Shown here piece after piece: positions 1-8,397 of a stretch of 64,000 nt of DNA (position 1 is the first letter of the stretch; every line of letters begins with the position of its first letter). The notes under the pieces were generated by a model, which saw only the letters and a list, made by a program, of their open reading frames with translations, ran no database searches and was not told the origin of the DNA. The DNA comes from an uncultured Clostridia bacterium (GTDB lineage: Bacteria > Bacillota > Clostridia > Christensenellales > UBA1242): NCBI GenBank assembly GCA_944349765.1, contig CALVNN010000001.1:87138-151137 (forward strand), in the 5' to 3' direction. A program made the translations under genes and the position numbers.

Positions 1-18
1 TGATAAATAGGAGATATT

Positions 19-795
19 ATGCATATTAGTTTTTTAGCTGATAAGGTAGGTATAGATAATGCTTACAAGATATTATCATATTATTATGATGTGCCTATTG
101 GGACTATTCGGTACAAAGAAGACTTTGATATACCAACGGATAAATTGAATGAAATAATAGAGTTGTATACAAAAGGCAAGCCTTTGAATAAGATATTTAG
201 TTATGAATATTTTTATGGCGAGAAATTTATTATAAATGAAAATGTGCTTGCCCCTAGGCAAGATACCGAGCTTGTTGTAGAAAAAGCATTAGAGATTATT
301 CGACCAAAGGCTAGAGTATTAGATATGTGTACAGGTAGTGGATGCATTGGATTGTCTATAGCAAAACACTGTGAAGTAGATTTGATTCTTAGTGATATAT
401 CAGAGCGGGCATTAGCAGTGGCTAAGCAAAATGCGGATAGACTGGGCGTTAGAGCTGAGTTTGTCATAAGTGATTGTTTTGACAATATTCAAGGGGCTTT
501 TGACTGTATAGTGTCCAACCCGCCGTATATCCGATCTAGTGTGATTGATACGTTGGAAACTGGCGTCAAAGAATATGACCCTATAATTGCTTTGGATGGT
601 GGGGCGGATGGTTTGGATTTTTATAGGACGATAAGGGATAATTTTGAAAGGTTTTTAAAGCCTAAAGGGTGCCTTATACTAGAGATAGGTTTTGATCAGG
701 CTGAAGATATAGGTAAAATGTTTAGTGATTTTAAAGTAAAAGTATTTAATGATTACGGAGGCAACCCACGAGTTGCTGTGATTGAGAGGTTTTAG
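19..795 (+). CDS. prmC: Release-factor glutamine N5-methyltransferase (PrmC/HemK)
   Basis: 258-aa ORF with the SAM-binding motif DMCTGSGCIG and the NPPY motif (VSNPPYI). A GGAG RBS lies just upstream. The TAG stop abuts the prfA ATG (TAGATG). Confidence 0.85.
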   Translation: MHISFLADKVGIDNAYKILSYYYDVPIGTIRYKEDFDIPTDKLNEIIELYTKGKPLNKIFSYEYFYGEKFIINENVLAPRQDTELVVEKALEIIRPKARVLDMCTGSGCIGLSIAKHCEVDLILSDISERALAVAKQNADRLGVRAEFVISDCFDNIQGAFDCIVSNPPYIRSSVIDTLETGVKEYDPIIALDGGADGLDFYRTIRDNFERFLKPKGCLILEIGFDQAEDIGKMFSDFKVKVFNDYGGNPRVAVIERF

Positions 796-1863
796 ATGAT
801 AGAAAAATTAAAGGAAATAAAGGTCAAATATGATGAGCTTTGCTCTAAGATAGCTGATCCTGAGATAATAGCCGATAATAAGACGTGGCAAAAGATAGTG
901 AAAGAAAAGAGTAATTTAGACGAGCTTATGAATATTTATGACCAGATGCTAAAAGCAAAAAAGGCTATTGATACCGCTGAGGAGGAATTGAAGACCGAGG
1001 CCGATGGCGAAATGAAAGAGCTTTTTGAAGAAGAAATAAAATCAAATAAGTATCTTATGGAAGAGCTAGAAAACAAAGCAAAAATAGAACTTTTGCCTAA
1101 AGATGAGAATGACGAAAAGAACGTTATCATTGAGATTCGTGCGGGAGCTGGTGGCGACGAAGCTGGTATTTTTGGTAAAGATCTGATGAAGATGTATATC
1201 CGCTATGCTGAACGCAGAAGATGGAAAGTCGAAATAATGAATATCAGCGAGACTGAAGCGGGCGGTATCAAGGAAGTCACCTTTATGATAAGTGGTAAGG
1301 GTGCGTTTAAAAATTTGAAATACGAAAGCGGTGTACATAGAGTACAGAGGGTGCCTGAGACCGAGACACAAGGTCGTGTTCATACGTCTACAGCCACTGT
1401 GGCTGTTTTGCCTGAGCAAGAAGAGGTTGAGTTTGAGATACTAGACAAAGACCTTAAAATAGATACCTATAGAGCTAGCGGAGCTGGTGGGCAACACGTA
1501 AATAAGACCGACAGTGCTATACGTATTACACACCTTCCAACTGGACTAGTTGTGACTTGTCAAGATGAGCGTTCGCAACACAAAAATCGTGAGCGTGCAA
1601 TGAGTATTTTGAAATCAAAACTTTATGATATGTATCAAAGTGAAGCGGACAAGGAATATGCAGACAATCGTAGGATACAAATAGGTACGGGGGATAGGAG
1701 CGAAAAGATTCGTACATACAACTATCCACAAAGCCGTATAACCGACCATAGGATCAATTACACTACCCACGATCTGGTTAATATGATGGACGGCGATATT
1801 CAACCTATGATAGATGAGCTTATGTTAGCTGACCAACAGGCAAAGCTAGGCTTGGTTGATTAA
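796..1863 (+). CDS. prfA: Peptide chain release factor 1
   Basis: 355-aa ORF with the RF1-type PxT tripeptide (PET in RVQRVPETE) and the universal GGQ motif ([14 protein letters not shown]). Confidence 0.95.
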   Translation: MIEKLKEIKVKYDELCSKIADPEIIADNKTWQKIVKEKSNLDELMNIYDQMLKAKKAIDTAEEELKTEADGEMKELFEEEIKSNKYLMEELENKAKIELLPKDENDEKNVIIEIRAGAGGDEAGIFGKDLMKMYIRYAERRRWKVEIMNISETEAGGIKEVTFMISGKGAFKNLKYESGVHRVQRVPETETQGRVHTSTATVAVLPEQEEVEFEILDKDLKIDTYRASGAGGQHVNKTDSAIRITHLPTGLVVTCQDERSQHKNRERAMSILKSKLYDMYQSEADKEYADNRRIQIGTGDRSEKIRTYNYPQSRITDHRINYTTHDLVNMMDGDIQPMIDELMLADQQAKLGLVD

Positions 1864-1872
1864 AAAAATAAA

Positions 1873-1906
1873 ACACATTGAGTTATAATCATCAATGTGT
1901 TTTTTT
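1873..1906 (+). terminator. Rho-independent terminator of prfA
   Basis: 9-bp stem ACACATTGA/TCAATGTGT followed by T6, about 10 nt after the prfA stop. Confidence 0.8.
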
Positions 1907-1965
1907 GTAAATAATTTATTTTTATTATTTTGCGAGTTGCCTTTAGTGCTTTTATTATCTTTGTG

Positions 1966-1996
1966 TAAAATAAAAAATAGGTGCGTTAACACCTAT
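1966..1996 (-). terminator. Candidate minus-strand terminator closing the tRNA-repeat region
   Basis: 7-bp stem ATAGGTG/CACCTAT (1977-1996). On the minus strand it is followed by a T-rich run (the complement of the A6 run at 1972-1977). Confidence 0.5.
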
Positions 1997-2011
1997 TTAT
2001 AAGCAAACCAA

Positions 2012-2055
2012 AATAAGAGCTAGCGGTTATTAAAATAACGCGGCTCTTATTTTGT
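2012..2055. terminator. Long imperfect hairpin, possible bidirectional terminator
   Basis: Outer 9-bp stem AATAAGAGC/GCTCTTATT encloses an inner GGTTATT/AATAACG stem. Short T runs lie on both sides. Confidence 0.4.
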
Positions 2056-2059
2056 GTAT

Positions 2060-2164
2060 AAGGCTAAAGAGGACAGGATTTGTAGCGAAGCGTAGTAGCG
2101 ACCACGTATTTATTTTTTAGGACGATTAAGCTAGTAGAGCGTCACCTGCGACCTTTGGGTTATA
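2060..2164 (-). repeat. tRNA-fMet-derived repeat, copy A (3'-half-like, with about 60 nt inserted in the T loop)
   Basis: Read on the minus strand it begins ATAACCCAAAGGTCGCAGG, identical to the tRNA from the anticodon loop to the T stem. The T stem is GCAGG/CCTGT. I counted about 4 differences from copy B by eye. Confidence 0.6.
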
Positions 2165-2183
2165 ATCGATAATCAAAGCGAGT

Positions 2184-2221
2184 ATAACGTAGAAAAAAAC
2201 ACCTTTACGGTGCTTAATTAA
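2184..2221 (-). terminator. Second copy of the tRNA-fMet terminator, downstream of repeat B
   Basis: Minus-strand hairpin CACC-GTAAA-GGTG followed by T7. The block ATAACGTAGAAAAAAACACCTTTACGGTGCTTAATTAA is nearly identical to 2438-2477. Confidence 0.6.
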
Positions 2222-2332
2222 AAGGCTAAAGGGGGCAGGATTTGTAGCGAAAGCGTATTAGCGACCACGTATTTATTTTTTAGGACGATTAAGCTAGTAG
2301 AGCGTCACCTGCGACCTTTGGGTTATACTCGC
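2222..2332 (-). repeat. tRNA-fMet-derived repeat, copy B (3'-half-like, with about 60 nt inserted in the T loop)
   Basis: It has the same structure as copy A, 162-163 nt away. The T stem GCAGG/CCTGC is preserved. The 16-mer GCGACCTTTGGGTTAT (2311-2326) also occurs at 2148-2163 and inside the tRNA at 2504-2519. Confidence 0.6.
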
Positions 2333-2437
2333 GTTATCAATGGTAATACAAATGTTTGCAGGTAATTAATTTTGGGGAAGATAAATATGTTAGTATTTCA
2401 AATACGCTCGTGGTGAACTAAGAGCCCAGTTGGGCTC

Positions 2438-2477
2438 ATAACGTAGAAAAAAAAACACCTTTACGGTGCTTAATTAA
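2438..2477 (-). terminator. Rho-independent terminator of tRNA-fMet
   Basis: Immediately 3' of the tRNA on the minus strand: hairpin CACC-GTAAA-GGTG followed by T9. Confidence 0.7.
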
Positions 2478-2554
<77 letters not shown>

Positions 2555-2565
2555 TCAACATATTT

Positions 2566-2594
2566 ATTATATGCTGGTATGTATCATTTGTCAA
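2566..2594 (-). promoter_or_regulatory. Consensus sigma-A promoter of tRNA-fMet
   Basis: Minus strand TTGACA, a 17-nt spacer, then TATAAT. The -10 box ends 11 nt before the tRNA 5' end. Confidence 0.7.
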
Positions 2595-2617
2595 TACTTT
2601 TATTGAATTTTTTTGTT

Positions 2618-3235
2618 TTATTTTGTATTTTTCTTTTGTATTCCAAAGTTTTTTATAAAAGTATTCCTATGTAATGGGCATGCACCATATATTTTTAGTG
2701 CTTGAATATGTAATGCTGTACCATATCCTTTGTGCTTTTCAAAACCATAGTTTGGATACTGTTTAGCATACTCTATCATAAGTCTATCCCTAGTAACTTT
2801 TGCTATAATTGAAGCACAAGCTATATTGTAACTTAAAGCATCACCTTTTATAATAGGAATATTTTTGATATCTGTCTTAAGACCTTTCACTGCGTCTATG
2901 AGAATTAAATCAGGACGTATAGGAGAGTTTTTTATACAATTTTCCATACCGAGTTTTGTGGCGTTAAGGATATTAACAGTATCTATTGTATTTTCGTCAA
3001 TAATGGATACGGTATAGGCTAAAGCTTTTTGAATGATTTGCTCATACAAAAGCTCTCTTTTTTTAGGTGATAGCTTTTTGCTATCATTTACTCCTTGTAT
3101 TATGTCTTTATCTAAAGGCATAATTACCATAGCGCAAACCACTGGTCCAGCTAGAGGACCACGTCCAGCCTCATCAATACCAGCGATGATTTTGCATTTT
3201 TCATTTATATAATCTTTATCAAAGCTTAATAACAT
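2618..3235 (-). CDS. rnhB: Ribonuclease HII
   Basis: Motif GIDEAGRGPLAGPVV and overall RNase HII length. I chose the ATG at 3235, which has a GAGGT RBS 4 nt upstream, over the TTG at 3250 in the ORF track. Confidence 0.88.
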   Translation of the reverse strand: MLLSFDKDYINEKCKIIAGIDEAGRGPLAGPVVCAMVIMPLDKDIIQGVNDSKKLSPKKRELLYEQIIQKALAYTVSIIDENTIDTVNILNATKLGMENCIKNSPIRPDLILIDAVKGLKTDIKNIPIIKGDALSYNIACASIIAKVTRDRLMIEYAKQYPNYGFEKHKGYGTALHIQALKIYGACPLHRNTFIKNFGIQKKNTK

Positions 3236-3354
3236 AAATACCTCAATCAATTATTTTGCATTTTTTTTAAAAATTTGTCAAGATAATAGTTTATTTTGTT
3301 TGAAAAAAGATTACTAATATGCTAAAATTAAATAAAATCACAAGTGGAGTATTT

Positions 3355-3963
3355 ATGAAGCGTATTTTTATTGTATGTTTAGCGTTGCTTATGGCGACAG
3401 TAGTAGGTCTTAATATTGCACCTACATATGCTACTGTTGGCACAAATGTTATATTGACCGATAGTGAGGGTAATGGTTATAGCGATTATAGCACATTAAC
3501 CTCGTATATTTCAGATAATTCTTATGATGAAAAGTTAAGTGAACAACTTAAGCGGGAGGTTGAAGTCTTAAATATAATTGATGTGTGTTTTATGGATGGC
3601 ACAGAAAAGTTATATTCTTTAGTAGGCAAGGTTGAGGAGGCGAGAGAAACTATCACAGTTAAGGTGCCTATTACTCAAACTATGAAGGATAGGGAGATTT
3701 CAATATACACCTTGAATGGTGAGTCGTTTGAGAAATTAGAAACGACGCTAGAGGATGATTATATTGTATATTCAACAAAGACCTTAGAGCCTATTTATAT
3801 AGTGTCGGATGTTCAAAATGGATTAAATGCTTGGATGATTGTTGTAGCATGCGTAGTTTTGTTGCTATTATTGGCTTTATTATTGTACTACTTTAAGATG
3901 CGTAGGGAAATGGCTAGTTCAAAGGTAAATCCAAAAAATAAAGAAATGGAAATTGAAGAGTAG
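3355..3963 (+). CDS. Hypothetical secreted protein with a C-terminal membrane anchor
   Basis: N-terminal signal peptide (MKRIFIVCLALLMATVVGLNIAPTYA), a C-terminal TM segment (WMIVVACVVLLLLLALLLYYF) and a short charged tail. I did not recognise a family. The start is placed at the ATG with a GGAG RBS. Confidence 0.55.
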   Translation: MKRIFIVCLALLMATVVGLNIAPTYATVGTNVILTDSEGNGYSDYSTLTSYISDNSYDEKLSEQLKREVEVLNIIDVCFMDGTEKLYSLVGKVEEARETITVKVPITQTMKDREISIYTLNGESFEKLETTLEDDYIVYSTKTLEPIYIVSDVQNGLNAWMIVVACVVLLLLLALLLYYFKMRREMASSKVNPKNKEMEIEE

Positions 3964-4085
3964 CTGAAGAAAAGCATTTTTGCTTTTTCTTTTTTTTGTG
4001 ACAATTTATAACAAAAAATTGTTAAGTTTGAGTTGTTAATTGTGCTATATTATGTTATTATTATATCTATAAATAAAGGATGAAA

Positions 4086-4757
4086 ATGGAACAAGAAATC
4101 GAAGTTAAGAAAAAACCTAATAAATTTTTAAAATTTTTAATAAATTTTGTCTTTATACTATTGTTGCTTGTATGTATAGGTGTATTCGTCTTTAAATTGG
4201 TATACGTCGAGACAGCGGTTTTGGGTGCTAGTATGTATCCGACACTTAATAGTACTGAATATAATGACTCAGTGCTTATCAATACTAAAGAAAAAGGAAC
4301 AGTCGGAGATATTGTAGTTGTAGATTCTTTGAAAGCTGACATCTCTGTAGAACATACATATATTATAAAGAGAATAATAGCTAAAGAAAATGAACGTGTA
4401 GATTTGAGATTTGATAATGACCAAATGTATATTTATATTGACGGAGTTAAATTAGAGGAGGATTATACAACAAATCCTGCATATATTAATAGGGGGTCGA
4501 CGCCATATATATACAATGCTTTTCAAAATTATCTAATTACAAATTCGGCAAATATAGATTATAACGAGAATGGATTGCTCATACCTAGTGGTTGTGTATT
4601 TGTTATGGGTGATAATAGACAAAATAGTACGGATTCTGCTAGTTTTGGTCCTGTTAGTGTGGATTCTATATTAGGACGCGTCGATGTTATAATTCATCAT
4701 GGTGAGTCTATGCTAGGTAATTTTTTTCAATATTTATTTAATAGAATATTTGGTTAG
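4086..4757 (+). CDS. lepB: Signal peptidase I (bacterial P-type, LepB/S26A)
   Basis: N-terminal TM segment, Ser box GASMYPT, Lys box IIKRIIA and VMGDNRQNSTDS. The ATG at 4086 has an AAAGGA RBS 5 nt upstream. The in-frame ATG at 4080 is an alternative. Confidence 0.85.
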   Translation: MEQEIEVKKKPNKFLKFLINFVFILLLLVCIGVFVFKLVYVETAVLGASMYPTLNSTEYNDSVLINTKEKGTVGDIVVVDSLKADISVEHTYIIKRIIAKENERVDLRFDNDQMYIYIDGVKLEEDYTTNPAYINRGSTPYIYNAFQNYLITNSANIDYNENGLLIPSGCVFVMGDNRQNSTDSASFGPVSVDSILGRVDVIIHHGESMLGNFFQYLFNRIFG

Positions 4758-4880
4758 TAGAGCTTAAGGCAAGTGCGTGTCGACCTTTGGGTCAGCCATT
4801 CAGAACAAGAGCGTAGCACGCCGTGAAGAATCTCCCTTAAAGAGGAATACGGAAGATAGGGTAGCTGGTATAGTAAATAT

Positions 4881-4910
4881 AGAACGTATTAATACGTTCT
4901 AATTTTTATT
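4881..4910 (+). terminator. Rho-independent terminator ending a 124-nt lepB 3' UTR
   Basis: Perfect 20-nt palindrome AGAACGTATTAATACGTTCT followed by AATTTTTATT. Confidence 0.65.
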
Positions 4911-5140
4911 TGTGTAGGTGTATGTAATAAGTATTAAGCGGAACCCTTCTTAGGCGTTCTCAATAAACTCGACATGACATTTATGTTAGAACGGTTGCAC
5001 CTTGTAGAACATTCGACCCTATTATTATCATCCTTTAGGGTAGCCGATGGATTACCTTAGAAGGTTTTATGAAGTTCGATTAAGGCAAGATAATTCACAT
5101 GCACTTTTTTGATAAAATTGTAAAAATATGCAAAAAACAT

Positions 5141-5169
5141 TTGCAATTGAGCAAAATATAATATATAAT
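5141..5169 (+). promoter_or_regulatory. Near-consensus sigma-A promoter
   Basis: TTGCAA (5141-5146), a 17-nt spacer, then TATAAT (5164-5169). Confidence 0.6.
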
Positions 5170-5205
5170 CATCAGCGATAATAAATAAGGAGAAAACGCT
5201 AATTT

Positions 5206-5409
5206 ATGAGAAAATGTTATACCCTTGGGGGCGGGGGCGACATTTATAACAGAATAGCAATTATTTGCAACATATGTGGTTCTAATGCAATCACATATAC
5301 TTTTTGCTATGGTCAATATGACATAATTTCTCAACTTAATATAACCAGCACGACTACTAACACAATTTGTGCTAGCGTTTTTTCGTGTAAGCAAGTAATT
5401 GAGTATTAA
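5206..5409 (+). CDS. Candidate small Cys-rich protein (67 aa), function unknown
   Basis: An AAGGAG RBS is present but sits 13 nt from the ATG. A strong promoter lies 37 nt upstream. The peptide has 7 Cys including a CNIC motif. A weak hairpin ACCCT-GTA-AGGGT overlaps the stop. It may instead be part of a long leader of the next gene. Confidence 0.35.
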   Translation: MRKCYTLGGGGDIYNRIAIICNICGSNAITYTFCYGQYDIISQLNITSTTTNTICASVFSCKQVIEY

Positions 5410-5545
5410 CCCTGTAAGGGTATATTTAGTTATTTGCTTTTTATTATCGTTAGTTATTTAGGATACTCTAAGTGTTATTAGTACATACTAATAATAAAGT
5501 ATCGGGGGGAGAGTTTTCTTTTAAGATATACAAAAGGAGACAAAA

Positions 5546-8266
5546 ATGACAACGAAATCAAAAAGAAAGTCGGTAATACTGCCAGTAGTGTTAATTATTT
5601 TGTCCATAGGGCTTATACTAGGTACGACCTTAGCATACTTTACCGACACAAGAAGTAGTCAAAGTCCAGTAAACTTTGGTAAGATAGAGATAAGTGTAGA
5701 TGATGCATTTACCAGCACCATACCATTAAACGACGCTTTGCCAGGAGATAAGATAACCGACAAAATATCCTTTAGCAAAGCCGTCGACAGTGAAGATATG
5801 TATGTCAGGGCAAAAGTGTATTTTGATACTGATAGTGACAACGAAGACATTAAGGCTTTTGTAAATACCTTAAATACATACGACCTTGATATAGCTGATG
5901 GTACAAGCGAATATATGTGGTCAGACAGAATGGGCTATTTCTATTATTTAGTATCTAGCACAAATACGAGTATTGCCTACAATGTTCAAAATGCTAGTGA
6001 AATAGTACTAAGTAATGCTATATATTTACCACGAGAAATGACTCAGCTGGATGAATATTCTCAGTATATGCAGGATATCTCTTTAAATGTAGAGATACAA
6101 GCCGTACAATCTTATAATGTTGAGGCGACGCTGTATACATTGGATTATGTGTTTTATGAAGAAGGGTTTGGTTCTGCAATTACAAATCCAAATAATTTTA
6201 CATTTAATGACGGAGTGTTAACTGGTCTTAAACAAGGAGTTACAGCATTATCAAGTCTTATTATTCCAAGCTCTTATAGTGTAGTAGAAAGTAGCCTAGA
6301 ACAGCCATACTACTTTAAGGATAGAAACGCATTCAATGAATTTAGATATGATGTAATGAGGAATGATAGAGAGCTGTATGAAATGTTAATGGACTGGTAT
6401 TATGACAGAATGGCTCAAGGATTGCAGAATAATTATCCGGCAACCTTTGATTCCGGAAGAAAAATTGAAGTATACGATTATGGTGATGATTATACTGTAA
6501 CTGGTATAGGAGCGGGGGCCTTTAATAATTGTAATAGCTTAACAAGTGTGATAATACCAAATAGTGTAACGAGTATAGGTGATGATGCTTTCCGATATTG
6601 TAGTGGCTTAACAAGTATAATCATACCAGATAGTGTAACGAGTATAGGTCTTTATGCTTTCTCTTGGTGCAGTAGCTTAACCAGTGTAACCATAGGGAAT
6701 AGTGTAACGAGTATAGGTTCTTATGCTTTCCAGTCTTGCATTGGATTAATTAGCGTAACTATTCCTGATGGTGTAACCAGTATAGGGTTTGGTGCTTTTA
6801 ATTCTTGCACGGGCATAAATACTGAATTAATCATTCCTGATAGTGTAATAAATATAGATGAGGACGCTTTCTCTGATTGTTCTAACTTACCTAGTGTAAG
6901 GATAGGAAATGGTGCAACTAGTATAGGACCTGAGGCTTTTCGCAGTTGTACTAATTTAACTAGTGTAACGATAGGGAATAGTGTAACTAGTATAGAAATT
7001 TCTGCTTTCGCTTATTGCAGTAGCTTAAAAAGTATAACCATCCCCGATAGTGTAATCAGTATAGGTACTTGGGCATTCGATGGATGTAGTAGTTTAACTA
7101 GTATAACAATACCAAATGGTGTAACAAGCATAGGTGCTGGTGCTTTCTCTGGGTGCACAGGCTTAACAGGTATAGCCATTCCAGATAGTGTAACAAGCAT
7201 AGGTGATAGTGCTTTCTCTGGGTGCACTGGCTTAACAAGTATAACTATTCCAGATAGTGTAACGAGTATAGAAGGTAGCGCTTTCTACAATACTTCATAT
7301 ATAAACAACTTCGTAACCAATGCTAGTAGGAAAACATTTACAAATAATGAAGCAGTAACCGGATTAACAACTAATGAGAAGTTTAGAATAGGCAACGAAA
7401 CAAATGGTTATGCATATTACGTCACTTGTAGTGACAATGCTAATGCATATATTTGTTTTGGTGGTTCCGCATCGACAGATGGAATAGATGCCCACAGTAA
7501 TCTAAGTGGTGAAATAGCGATTCTAGATGGGACGAAAATATTATATTCTTATGCTTTCGAGGGGTGTCTTGGATTAACCAGTATAACCATTCCCGAAAGT
7601 GTAACTAATATAGGGCAGTATGTTTTCCGAAAATGCAGTGGCTTAACAAGCATAGCCATACCAAATAGCGTAACGAGTATAGGTTATGGTGCTTTTGAGT
7701 ATTGCAGTGGCTTAACGGGTGTATACATTGCTGATTTGACTGCTTGGATGAGTATTGATTTTGTTAGTAGCTCTAGTAATCCATTGCGATATGCAAAAAA
7801 TCTTTATTTAAACGATGTATTAGTTAAGACATTAAATATACCAGCAACAATCACAGAGGTAAAACAATATGTGTTTTATGGGTGTAATAGTATAACAAGT
7901 ATAACTATCCCCGGTAGTGTAGCAAGCATGGAATGGTATGCATTCTCTGATTGTAGTGCTTTAACCAGTATAAATATAGAGAGTGGTGTAACAAGTATAG
8001 GGGTCGGTGCTTTCCGAAATTGCAGTAGCTTAAAAAATATAACCATCCCCGGTAGTGTAGCAAGTATAGGTCAGTATGCTTTCGAGAATTGCAGTGGCTT
8101 GTCTAACGTAACTTTTGAGGATACTAGTTATAGTTGGTATGTGTCGATATCATCTTTAGCGATTAATGGGAGGAGTGTGAGTATAAGTACACCTAGCACC
8201 AATGCTACTTATTTCAAGTCAACTTATGATAATTATTATTGGTTCAGAGGGGAGAAGATAGCGTAA
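5546..8266 (+). CDS. Surface protein: TasA/camelysin-like N-terminal domain with SipW-cognate-type signal peptide, fused to BspA-type LRR_5 repeats
   Basis: AAGGAG RBS. The N-terminus ...GLILGTTLAYFTDT has the AYFTD motif, followed by LPGDKITDKISF...YVRAKV, as in TasA/CalY. About 19 repeats of roughly 23 aa follow, with the pattern IP-SVTSIG-xAF-xCSxLTSI. Confidence 0.8.
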   Translation: MTTKSKRKSVILPVVLIILSIGLILGTTLAYFTDTRSSQSPVNFGKIEISVDDAFTSTIPLNDALPGDKITDKISFSKAVDSEDMYVRAKVYFDTDSDNEDIKAFVNTLNTYDLDIADGTSEYMWSDRMGYFYYLVSSTNTSIAYNVQNASEIVLSNAIYLPREMTQLDEYSQYMQDISLNVEIQAVQSYNVEATLYTLDYVFYEEGFGSAITNPNNFTFNDGVLTGLKQGVTALSSLIIPSSYSVVESSLEQPYYFKDRNAFNEFRYDVMRNDRELYEMLMDWYYDRMAQGLQNNYPATFDSGRKIEVYDYGDDYTVTGIGAGAFNNCNSLTSVIIPNSVTSIGDDAFRYCSGLTSIIIPDSVTSIGLYAFSWCSSLTSVTIGNSVTSIGSYAFQSCIGLISVTIPDGVTSIGFGAFNSCTGINTELIIPDSVINIDEDAFSDCSNLPSVRIGNGATSIGPEAFRSCTNLTSVTIGNSVTSIEISAFAYCSSLKSITIPDSVISIGTWAFDGCSSLTSITIPNGVTSIGAGAFSGCTGLTGIAIPDSVTSIGDSAFSGCTGLTSITIPDSVTSIEGSAFYNTSYINNFVTNASRKTFTNNEAVTGLTTNEKFRIGNETNGYAYYVTCSDNANAYICFGGSASTDGIDAHSNLSGEIAILDGTKILYSYAFEGCLGLTSITIPESVTNIGQYVFRKCSGLTSIAIPNSVTSIGYGAFEYCSGLTGVYIADLTAWMSIDFVSSSSNPLRYAKNLYLNDVLVKTLNIPATITEVKQYVFYGCNSITSITIPGSVASMEWYAFSDCSALTSINIESGVTSIGVGAFRNCSSLKNITIPGSVASIGQYAFENCSGLSNVTFEDTSYSWYVSISSLAINGRSVSISTPSTNATYFKSTYDNYYWFRGEKIA
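6495..8110 (+). repeat. Tandem 69-nt (23-aa) LRR_5 coding repeats
   Basis: Strings such as CCAGATAGTGTAACGAGTATAGGT recur. The adjacent units 7141-7209 and 7210-7278 differ at about 10 of 69 positions by eye. Confidence 0.8.
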
Positions 8267-8276
8267 AATTATAAAA

Positions 8277-8307
8277 GTCATTAACGGGCGACCGTAATGG
8301 CTTTTTT
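8277..8307 (+). terminator. Rho-independent terminator
   Basis: Imperfect stem GTCATTAACGG/CCGTAATGGC followed by T6, 11 nt after the stop. Confidence 0.65.
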
Positions 8308-8333
8308 GTTTTTTGGTATGTACCTTTATTTGA

Positions 8334-8362
8334 TTGACAATGATTTTAGCGTGTGGTAAAAT
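8334..8362 (+). promoter_or_regulatory. Sigma-A promoter with extended -10, for the marR-adh-aldh-HAD operon
   Basis: TTGACA (8334-8339), a 17-nt spacer ending in TGG, then TAAAAT (8357-8362). It overlaps the GTG at 8353 in the ORF track, which argues for the ATG at 8398 as the true start. Confidence 0.65.
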
Positions 8363-8397
8363 CTTTTTGTTGTGTTTACAACACGTTGGAGGAAATA

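Noticed and set aside
2060-2477. The repeat units at the tRNA locus, considered as a possible CRISPR array.
   Set aside because: There are only two long units of about 105 nt, with a period of about 162 nt, plus a duplicated terminator. There is no short repeat/spacer periodicity, and no cas genes occur in the window.
5095-5394. A 99-aa minus-strand ORF overlapping the small plus-strand ORF.
   Set aside because: It has no RBS and no promoter on that strand. The plus strand has a near-consensus promoter and an AAGGAG. The translation has no recognisable features.
4773-5545. A group II intron, suggested by GTGCG at 4773, or a riboswitch or T-box in the 0.8-kb non-coding stretch.
   Set aside because: I could not find a domain V-like hairpin with an AGC triad, an intron-encoded protein, a T-box motif or the core of a known riboswitch (c-di-GMP, SAM, preQ1). 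A terminator at 4881-4910 also splits the region.
8353-8397. Upstream alternative starts in the ORF track: GTG 8353 for marR, ATG 8834 for the ADH, ATG 21059 for giant gene 1, TTG 12572, ATG 3319, TTG 3250 and TTG 62433.
   Set aside because: In each case a downstream in-frame ATG has a well-spaced Shine-Dalgarno sequence. For marR, the upstream codon overlaps the predicted -10 box. The extensions add no recognisable sequence.
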